Origin: a virus
Length of the DNA: 64,000 nucleotides
IMG/VR virus record: IMGVR_UViG_3300020172_005639
Location: 32,001 to 96,000 of that record
Reading direction: 5' to 3' (one strand)
This document shows positions 19,106 through 26,528 of this stretch, piece after piece. Position numbers and translations under genes: made by a program. Position 1 is the stretch's first letter, and each line of letters starts with the position of its first letter. Under the pieces are notes generated by a model. The model worked only from the letters and a program-made list of their open reading frames with translations, made no database searches and was not told the origin of the DNA.

Positions 19106-19938
19106 ACGGCTCTTGTGACTTCGCTCGGCTCCACGGTGTTTTGCCTGATTCGTAGAACCCTGAAATTCTTCGGGTCGCAGCATGGCAGCGAGGACGCCTT
19201 GTACCTCAACAACTCCGGCCTGCTGAAGACCCAAGACAGCATTTGGTGCTGCCAATAGATTCTCCTGAAAACCTTTTCCTCATCGGGGTACAGCAGTGTC
19301 ATTCTAGGGTGGCAAATCGCGCCGGCGTAATGGCTGGTGCCCGTGTCGCAACCCACGAACATATGGGACAACTCTATGATGCGGAATGTCGTGTGGATAT
19401 TGTCGCTTGCGAAGACGCCATCGGTTTCTTGCACCAGAGAGGCCTTTGCCTTGTCTATCACCATCAGGGAGTTGGGCCAGTGCCTCCTGATTTCCTTGAA
19501 TACTTCCAGGGCGTTGGCGGGCGATAGCTCCCTGTCTTCGTTGTATTCGGCCTTCAGGCATGGGCAGAATACGCAGTCGTACCTTGCTTGGCTGCCGCTG
19601 TGGCAAGAGTTGGATGATGTGTAGAAACCCTCGTCCCTTAAAAAAGGCGCCCAGACCCAAAGATTGAGCGGGTCGAACTTGGGGAGTCTGCGTTCATTAC
19701 CCCTTACGAATCTCACAATTTCGCTGGGAAAAACTGCTGCGGCCGAAACCTTTTGGCATGCGTCTCTGTAGTCTATCTCTAGGCCTTTGTGCTTCAGGTA
19801 TGCCATCATGGCCGTCGTCTGTATCTCGTCGCCTATTCTGTTCTCGGGATGCTCGTGGTATATGCCGTACTCCACGCTCTCCCAGTTACTTTTGAACTCA
19901 AACCATATTTTGTCCATCTGACTCTCTCGGGTTGTCAT
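19090..19938 (-). CDS. GT9-like (GT-B) glycosyltransferase
   Basis: RIGDEI, FVGCDTGTSHYAGA. Confidence 0.7.
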   Translation of the reverse strand: MTTRESQMDKIWFEFKSNWESVEYGIYHEHPENRIGDEIQTTAMMAYLKHKGLEIDYRDACQKVSAAAVFPSEIVRFVRGNERRLPKFDPLNLWVWAPFLRDEGFYTSSNSCHSGSQARYDCVFCPCLKAEYNEDRELSPANALEVFKEIRRHWPNSLMVIDKAKASLVQETDGVFASDNIHTTFRIIELSHMFVGCDTGTSHYAGAICHPRMTLLYPDEEKVFRRIYWQHQMLSWVFSRPELLRYKASSLPCCDPKNFRVLRIRQNTVEPSEVTRAVQLNA

Positions 19939-20746
19939 GGAGTCCCGAAAAAGGGCAGCGAGCTATTTTAGCTTCGGCATTTGGCAAACCCTGATTGTTT
20001 AGTATCCTCTTCCGCTCCATGTAAAACGTGGTTGAGTCTTTGAAGGAATTCTCCTTCGGTTTTCCGAACTTTCTTTCGTTGTAACGCATCCAGTATTCAA
20101 AAACTTCATTTGACTCTTGGGTTTCCCTGTTCGCTTCTGACACTTCCAGTTTCCAATCCGATGAGTATGTCTCTCTCTGCATTGGTATCAACTGCGCTAT
20201 CGGGTTCGATTGGTCTCTTCTAAATGACACAGGCTCGTTGATCCTGTCGAAGACAAGGTTCATCCAGATGTCATATTGCATCCAGTCGGTTTCAAGAACT
20301 CCGTCCATGACATGGAAGGGCTGGGACTGGTAATTTATCGGGCTTTTGATGTGCAGGCACCATCCGGGTGGCGTCTTGAAGATCAGGCCGGTCCACAGCT
20401 GCAGAACGTTCGGCTCAACGCTGCCGAGAGACATCTTTGTCCTTCCCGTTCCGAACGGGCACCATTTGTCGGGGTTGACGCCGTCCTCGGGCCTCACCAG
20501 CCTTCGCACCAAGTGGGCGTCTTCGTCGGAGTTGTAGTACTCGTCTAGGAACCTGACCCCGAACTTTTCGCCCGTCCACACGACGTCAAAGTCGGATGGA
20601 GGGTAAAGCCACCAGCCAAGTGCGTTCACCGTGCTGAAGGGGTGGCACCACTTCACGCCCTCCTTATGGGCCGTACCGCAAAGGGTTTTCTCGGCCTTTT
20701 GTATGCGGCAGGCCTGTGGGTGCAGTTGGTAGGCCTGCAGCGACAT
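19898..20746 (-). CDS. DUF6065-like protein (trimeric dUTPase-like beta fold)
   Basis: C.PF..VNALGW, FKTPPGW.L....P.N, GVLETDW, PIAQLIP; first ATG outside the tmRNA body is at 20746. Confidence 0.7.
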   Translation of the reverse strand: MSLQAYQLHPQACRIQKAEKTLCGTAHKEGVKWCHPFSTVNALGWWLYPPSDFDVVWTGEKFGVRFLDEYYNSDEDAHLVRRLVRPEDGVNPDKWCPFGTGRTKMSLGSVEPNVLQLWTGLIFKTPPGWCLHIKSPINYQSQPFHVMDGVLETDWMQYDIWMNLVFDRINEPVSFRRDQSNPIAQLIPMQRETYSSDWKLEVSEANRETQESNEVFEYWMRYNERKFGKPKENSFKDSTTFYMERKRILNNQGLPNAEAKIARCPFSGLHDNPRESDGQNMV

Positions 20747-21094
20747 GGAGTTGAGGGGAGTCGAACCCCTGTCTTCAGCGAGAGACATCCGGACCTCTAC
20801 ATGCTTTTTGCGTCGTTCGTTTTCTGTCTTCGGACCACGGCGCACAGAGGTCTCTAGACAACACCAACATAAACTATCGCCACGCAAGTTGGCAGCGCGA
20901 CGTTTGCGGGATTTACTTCGGGCCTTTGGGCGCTACCCGCTCGCCCCCTCGGCCCGTGGCAGACCTAAATTAGGCAGCCAGGGAAAGAACAGTTTCGTCG
21001 TTTGTTGCGACAGCCGAATTTTTAAGAGGCCATTCGGCCAACCTCTGCATGCCATCCGGGCGCCGCACCGTTGAATCGATACCGGAACAACCCC
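20746..21094 (-). ncRNA. ssrA: tmRNA
   Basis: 5' GGGGTTG pairs with 3' CAACTCC-A (G3:U70 Ala determinant); T-arm AGGGGTTCGACTCCCCT; pk1 GAGG/CCTC + GCCGAA/TTCGGC; tag ORF ...(ATN)DETVLSLAA-TAA at 21008-20970. Confidence 0.93.
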
Positions 21095-21126
21095 GTTTTG
21101 TCGGAAGTAATTTTTCTCCCGACGAC

Positions 21127-21154
21127 ATTATATATGTAACACGGGCCGAATCAA
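21127..21154 (-). promoter_or_regulatory. Sigma70-like promoter for tmRNA (TTGATT-16-TATAAT), overlapping a + strand TATATA box
   Basis: Motifs read directly on the - strand. Confidence 0.45.
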
Positions 21155-21170
21155 TCCAAATGGAGAAATC

Positions 21171-22088
21171 ATGGGATACATTTCATTTCACGAGTATGTG
21201 GACAAGAATAGAAAGTCCCCCAAGAAGGGCGACAAATCGCCAAAAGCAAAAACTGCAGTTGTCGCCGACTACGACGGTCCCATGAAGGATTCGCCTGAGC
21301 TTGCGAAAATGCCAGCCGATGCTGGCGGAGTCGGCCAGTCCGGCAAAGTCACCCCCTACAAAGGCGGGAAGGACGCCGCTGACCCCAACAAGGGCAAGCT
21401 GGCGGACGGTCTGGCAAAGAAGCCCGGCAAACAGGGAATGGGAGAGCTTGGAAAGCCAGAGAAGGTTCTTGGCAACTATCCCTCCATCAAGACATCTGAG
21501 TGGCTTGACACCCACAAGGGCCTCTCCCTCTCGGAGTTCGCCAAAAAGGTGAGGGAGGATAGGCTGTCTGGCATCAAGAACCCCAGTCGCGCCTACGAGT
21601 CCATCAAGGAAACTGTCGATGTCTGCAAGAAAAACGGCTCTTATGTGATGGACGTGGTTCTTGAGATGAGGCGCTCCGGACTGGCAGGCACCTTTGTTTC
21701 CGTTCTTGCCCAACAGCCAGAGTGCATAAACGTCATCGCCCACATGATGGAGAATGACGAGAGCTTCGCCCGAAAGCTCAGCATGGCTTTGGAAGAAATG
21801 GTCGGTCCTCCCGTGGGCGGCGACGAAGAGATGGAAGACGATCGCGAGGATATGGGCGGCGAGCCGGAGGAGGGCGACGAGCCTGTCGATGGCGAGGCCG
21901 GAGAGTCTGATGATGAGGACATGGAGGACGCTGAGGCCGAAGGAGAGGACGAGCTCTCCGATGACGGCGAGGGCGACGAGGTTGAGGATGCAGAGATGGA
22001 GGTTGAGGTTAAACCCTTAGAGAAGCCCATGAGCAAGGCCAAGGACAACCTCCAGAAGATGCTCATGAAGATGATGGGTCACCGATAG
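21171..22088 (+). CDS. Probable prohead core/internal protein with acidic C-terminal tract
   Basis: MGYISFHEY start, K/G/P-rich middle, long D/E tract; upstream TATATA and GGAG. Confidence 0.65.
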   Translation: MGYISFHEYVDKNRKSPKKGDKSPKAKTAVVADYDGPMKDSPELAKMPADAGGVGQSGKVTPYKGGKDAADPNKGKLADGLAKKPGKQGMGELGKPEKVLGNYPSIKTSEWLDTHKGLSLSEFAKKVREDRLSGIKNPSRAYESIKETVDVCKKNGSYVMDVVLEMRRSGLAGTFVSVLAQQPECINVIAHMMENDESFARKLSMALEEMVGPPVGGDEEMEDDREDMGGEPEEGDEPVDGEAGESDDEDMEDAEAEGEDELSDDGEGDEVEDAEMEVEVKPLEKPMSKAKDNLQKMLMKMMGHR

Positions 22089-22115
22089 TCGGTTTTGCCA
22101 AAAAGTTTGATATGC

Positions 22116-22140
22116 AAGACCCCCTCTGACAGGGGGTCTT
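22116..22140 (+). terminator. Hairpin, probable terminator
   Basis: AAGACCCCCT-CTGAC-AGGGGGTCTT perfect 10-bp stem. Confidence 0.6.
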
Positions 22141-22181
22141 CTATTTATAATTGCTCGTCTATTTCTAAAAAAGGGCGAGCA

Positions 22182-23408
22182 ATGAAGATATCAGTTTTTA
22201 CTCCAACGCACAATCCGAAATATCTGAATAGGCTTTACGAGTCACTTAAGGCTCAAACATCACCTGACTGGGAGTGGGTGGTGGTTCCCAACGGGACCTG
22301 TGTTGTGAGTCTGCCGAGTGATCCACGCATCAAGGTGGTGGCCACGAATTCCAGCACCAATATCGGTTACCTTAAGAAGTTTGCCTGCTCACAAGCCACA
22401 GGTGAGATCTACATGGAGGTGGATCACGATGACGAGCTTTTCCCCGATGCCATAGCTGAGTGCGCCAAGGCCTTTTCAGACCCGACCGTGGATTTCGCCT
22501 ACTCCAACTGCTGCGACGTCACCGAGGGCTACAAGCCAAGGGTGTTCAGCGAGACTTTTGGGTGGCTCAACCGCCCCTGCAAATTCAAAGAACACGAGCT
22601 CATGGAGATGGTCTGCTTCGAGCCCGACCCTGCAAGCATCAGCAAGATATGGTTTGCCCCCAACCACTTCAGGGCATGGAGGGCGTCCTTCTACAACCGC
22701 ATCGGCGGCCATGACGAGTCGATGGACATTCTTGACGACCAGGACATTCTTTGCAGAACTTATATCCATGGCAAGATGCGCCATATCGACAAACCCCTTT
22801 ATGTCTACCACATCCATGAGGGTAACACCTGCTACGGCGACAAGAACGCCAAAATTCAGGACATGACTCTAGAGCTTCACGACAAGTACATCTACCAGCT
22901 CGTTGAGAAGTGGTGCGACCTAAAGGGACTCAAGAAGATTGACCTGTGCGGGGGCCACAGCAAGCCGCCCGGCTATGAGAGCATCGACCTCTTGAACGGC
23001 GACATCGTCCACGACCTCAACAAGCCTTGGCCCTTCAAGGATGGCGAGGTGGGTTTGTTCCGTGCGCACGACGCCCTGGAGCACCTATCGGACACAATCC
23101 ACGTGATGAAGGAGGCGCACAGGTGCCTTGCGCCCAAGGGTTGGTTCCTGACCTTCACCCCCTCAACCGACGGTCGAGGAGCCTTCCAAGACCCAACGCA
23201 CATCAAGTTTTTCAACAGCAACAGCTTCTGGTACTACACTAAGAAGGATCAGGCGCAGTACATCGGAACGCCGGTGAGGTTCCAACTAAATAGAATCAAG
23301 AATTACTACCCAAATGACTGGTGCAAGATGCACGACATCGTGTATGTTAAAGCCGATCTATACAAGTTTGACGAAACCGGGAGAACCCCGGGACTTATTG
23401 AGATCTGA
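22182..23408 (+). CDS. GT2 glycosyltransferase + SAM-methyltransferase-like fusion
   Basis: ISVFTPTHN, SLKAQT, EVDHDD; C-terminal IDLCGG, HDALEH, GAFQDPTH. Confidence 0.85.
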   Translation: MKISVFTPTHNPKYLNRLYESLKAQTSPDWEWVVVPNGTCVVSLPSDPRIKVVATNSSTNIGYLKKFACSQATGEIYMEVDHDDELFPDAIAECAKAFSDPTVDFAYSNCCDVTEGYKPRVFSETFGWLNRPCKFKEHELMEMVCFEPDPASISKIWFAPNHFRAWRASFYNRIGGHDESMDILDDQDILCRTYIHGKMRHIDKPLYVYHIHEGNTCYGDKNAKIQDMTLELHDKYIYQLVEKWCDLKGLKKIDLCGGHSKPPGYESIDLLNGDIVHDLNKPWPFKDGEVGLFRAHDALEHLSDTIHVMKEAHRCLAPKGWFLTFTPSTDGRGAFQDPTHIKFFNSNSFWYYTKKDQAQYIGTPVRFQLNRIKNYYPNDWCKMHDIVYVKADLYKFDETGRTPGLIEI

Positions 23409-23502
23409 GCTGTGCAAGCAACTGAGACGGACAGGCCTTGTAATCGCTGGGCTTGTCCGCAATTGTTTCAATTGCCTTCCAGAAAGGGGCTAGGACGAAA
23501 AC

Positions 23503-24471
23503 ATGCCATCGCCTGACAGTCGAATCTCAAGAATAAAAAGCATCATTAGGGGAAGCGGATTGTCTGAATATCAGGTTTTCCCAGTTTCCGATCAAGACAG
23601 GGCATCCGACAAGCTCACAGACTGCGTCCAGTGGACGTCTTCGGACAACAAGAATTTCATACCCACCTCTAGGACTGTTGAGAGACTGCCCCCTGGAACA
23701 TACGATATCGGCATGAACCAGGCCAATGGCCTGTTCTTCGAGAAGGTCCCGGTCTTGGAAAACGATCTGGTGGTCTTCCCGGAGAGCAACACCGAGAAGA
23801 TCGTCGGGGAGATTCGCCGCTTCTGGGATCGTGAGGAAATATACCGACGCCACAGGCTCGCCTTCAAGCGGGGTATACTTTTGTACGGCCCTCCGGGGTC
23901 TGGCAAGAGTTGCACGATACAGTTGGTCATGAACGACGTGGTGCAGAGGAATGGCATCGTCATTAACTTTTGCGAGGCCGACCTGTTTGTCGCAGGCGCA
24001 AGAAAGTTAAGAGAGATTCAGCCCGACACCCCCGTGGTCGTGCTGATGGAGGACGTAGACTCCATATTGCAAGACAACGAGGAGAGCTCCGTTCTCAATG
24101 TGCTGGACGGCGTGAACCAGATCGACAAGGTTGTGTTCCTCGCCACAACCAACTACCCCGAAAGGCTTGGCGAAAGAGTCATCAATAGGCCCAGCAGATT
24201 CGACAAGCGCTTTAAGATCGGATATCCAGACGAGAGGACGAGGCGGATATATTTTGAGCGAATCATCGGCGACAAGCTGATAGGCGATCTGAAAATCGAC
24301 TTGGACTTGTGGGTCAGGAAGACCGACGAGTTTAGCATGGCCCACCTTAAGGAGCTTTTTGTGGCGGTTGCAGTCCTTGGGGACGACTTCGACGAGGCAG
24401 TTGAAACTTTGATCTCAATGAAGGAAGATGGCATAAGCTCCAGAGATGATGCAAAGAAGATGGGCTTCTAG
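23503..24471 (+). CDS. AAA+ ATPase
   Basis: RGILLYGPPGSGKS, MEDVD, LNVLDG, TTNYPE, RPSRFD. Confidence 0.9.
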   Translation: MPSPDSRISRIKSIIRGSGLSEYQVFPVSDQDRASDKLTDCVQWTSSDNKNFIPTSRTVERLPPGTYDIGMNQANGLFFEKVPVLENDLVVFPESNTEKIVGEIRRFWDREEIYRRHRLAFKRGILLYGPPGSGKSCTIQLVMNDVVQRNGIVINFCEADLFVAGARKLREIQPDTPVVVLMEDVDSILQDNEESSVLNVLDGVNQIDKVVFLATTNYPERLGERVINRPSRFDKRFKIGYPDERTRRIYFERIIGDKLIGDLKIDLDLWVRKTDEFSMAHLKELFVAVAVLGDDFDEAVETLISMKEDGISSRDDAKKMGF

Positions 24472-24480
24472 GGGAGAAAA

Positions 24481-26034
24481 ATGGACATCGCCGTATATGG
24501 CTGGCATGACTCCTCTGTCTGCGTCAAGGACGGCGGGAAGTATTTTGTTTATGAGTTCGAGCGTTTCGTCAATAGGCGTTACGCAGTCATGACGCAGCAG
24601 TACCCTTCGGCCTCCCAACCGCAAGGCGAGGTCGTGGACTTTCTAAGCTACATCAAACACCGACACCGTGTCCCACACATTGACTTAGTTCTCTGCGACC
24701 AGATATTCGATTGCGACCATCACACTTTCAAGTCGGTCTTCAGCGTGGGGCAGTACCGCAAGTTTGGCCACCACTTAGCCCATGCCTATGGAGCCTACGC
24801 GCAGAGCCCATTTGAGAACTGCTTCGTAATATCCTATGACGGTTCAGGCGAGAATGAGGACGGCAGCAACAGCAGCTTCACGGTTTGGAGTGCAAGCCCT
24901 GATGGCATGGCTCTACTGAACGATTTTCAGCCATACTTCTCGCACAGCTTGGGCAACTGCTACCTAGCCCTAACCGTGCCGCTGGCATCAATAAAGAAGC
25001 CCGTAAAGGACCCAGACAACTACTATTTCTATGGCGGCAGCGCAGGCAAGCTCATGGGTCTGGCCGCATTCGGCACACCGGTAGAGGACTGGAAACCCCA
25101 CTTCCGTGCTTTTTTTGACGGAGGAAGAGTTTGCGATGAAAAGAGTTTGAGCGATAGCATAGGCATCGATATCGGGCGCTTCAACCACTTGCACGGGCAG
25201 ACTGAATTCGACTTTGCTGCCACTATTCAGTGGGCTTTTGAAGACAAGTTCTTTAGGATTTTTGACACCTTGGGCATTCCTCAAGGATCAAGCATTTGCA
25301 TGACTGGCGGATGCGCCCTGAACATAAATGTCAACCAGAGGCTGGCTGACATGGGATACAAACTGTTTGTTCCGCCAAATCCATCTGATTGTGGGCTGAC
25401 GCTAGGGATGCTAAGCGCGCATCATGGCGACAGGAATATCGACGTCACCTATTCAGGCTTCGATATTCTCGACCACGAAGCTCATGGGCTCCGCAGCGAG
25501 CCGATGGACATTGCCGGACTCGCTTCCAGTCTGTTTTTCCGTCGCAAGATAGTGGGCTTGATACAGGGCTCCTCTGAATGTGGGCCTAGAGCTTTGTGCA
25601 ACCGCAGTATAATTTGCTATCCAGATATTCCTATGCTCAAGGAGAGAATCAACTCTGACATCAAGTTCAGAGAGTGGTTCAGGCCTTTTGGAACCGTTGT
25701 GAGGGCAGAGGATATAGACAGGTTCTTCGTGAACGGCAGAGAGTCGAGATTCATGAGCTTATGTCCGACGCTTCGCAAAGAGTACCAGTTTCCCAGCATA
25801 ACCCACGTGGACGGCACCTGTAGGGTCCAAACCGTTTCGGCATCGCAAAATCCTCTGGCGCACTCTCTGCTTTCGGAACTGGAGAACCTCGGGGCTTTGC
25901 CGATTCTCCTCAACACCAGCTTCAACACGAAGGGCAAGCCAATTCTCACTAGGCTCTCTGATGCTGCTGCAACGCTTCACGAAACAAAGCTTGAAGGTTT
26001 CTATTACGAGGGCAGGTTTTATGAGAGGGCATAG
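24481..26034 (+). CDS. O-carbamoyltransferase (NodU/CmcH family)
   Basis: HDSS, HHLAHA, DGSGE, GKLMGLA, GGCALN, ECGPRAL.NRS, KFREWFRPF, HVDGTCRVQTV, NTSFN. Confidence 0.92.
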   Translation: MDIAVYGWHDSSVCVKDGGKYFVYEFERFVNRRYAVMTQQYPSASQPQGEVVDFLSYIKHRHRVPHIDLVLCDQIFDCDHHTFKSVFSVGQYRKFGHHLAHAYGAYAQSPFENCFVISYDGSGENEDGSNSSFTVWSASPDGMALLNDFQPYFSHSLGNCYLALTVPLASIKKPVKDPDNYYFYGGSAGKLMGLAAFGTPVEDWKPHFRAFFDGGRVCDEKSLSDSIGIDIGRFNHLHGQTEFDFAATIQWAFEDKFFRIFDTLGIPQGSSICMTGGCALNINVNQRLADMGYKLFVPPNPSDCGLTLGMLSAHHGDRNIDVTYSGFDILDHEAHGLRSEPMDIAGLASSLFFRRKIVGLIQGSSECGPRALCNRSIICYPDIPMLKERINSDIKFREWFRPFGTVVRAEDIDRFFVNGRESRFMSLCPTLRKEYQFPSITHVDGTCRVQTVSASQNPLAHSLLSELENLGALPILLNTSFNTKGKPILTRLSDAAATLHETKLEGFYYEGRFYERA

Positions 26035-26521
26035 CGTGTTGAAGATTTTGCTTGATGAGGAGTATATCCTCGTTCTGGATACGGACAGTTTAATTATCGA
26101 CTTTTATCGTGAGATATGCTCGTTTTGCACGGGTCATGATGCGGACTCATGTCGGAGCATGGTTGAGTCCGATCGTTTCCATGATGATTTTCAGGATGAG
26201 AACCCTTTTTCGGTGAATATCAAATACAAGGATGACGGGGAGGGCGGTGAAACCCCTTGCTCTGTCTGGCTAAACAAACGATATGGCTGCGACGAGGATG
26301 GCAACTTCGGTTTATTGGATGAGAACAACTTTCAGTCCTACGGCTTTCCTGCGCCCATGAGCGTCGGTATATTCTTCCTGACTGAGCCCACGCAGACCCA
26401 GATAAACTTGATTCGGTCAAGGGCCGAGGCGTTTCTGGCAGAGCGCAAGCCCTCCCCGAAGCTTGAGTCTCTTCGCCTTATCACCCATACCAAGTACGGC
26501 GAAGAGCGCGTCCTGAGCTAG
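26021..26521 (+). CDS. Hypothetical protein
   Basis: ORF filling the gap; start uncertain. Confidence 0.55.
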   Translation: MRGHSVLKILLDEEYILVLDTDSLIIDFYREICSFCTGHDADSCRSMVESDRFHDDFQDENPFSVNIKYKDDGEGGETPCSVWLNKRYGCDEDGNFGLLDENNFQSYGFPAPMSVGIFFLTEPTQTQINLIRSRAEAFLAERKPSPKLESLRLITHTKYGEERVLS

Positions 26522-26528
26522 GAGAGCT

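Noticed and set aside
20746-20775. tRNA gene suggested by the GGTTCGA T-arm
   Set aside because: The matching 5' acceptor strand is about 350 nt away, with a tag ORF between, so this is tmRNA.
20745-21074. + strand 109-aa ORF and the 47-aa N-terminal extension of the 19898..20887 ORF
   Set aside because: Both overlap the tmRNA and are shadow translations.
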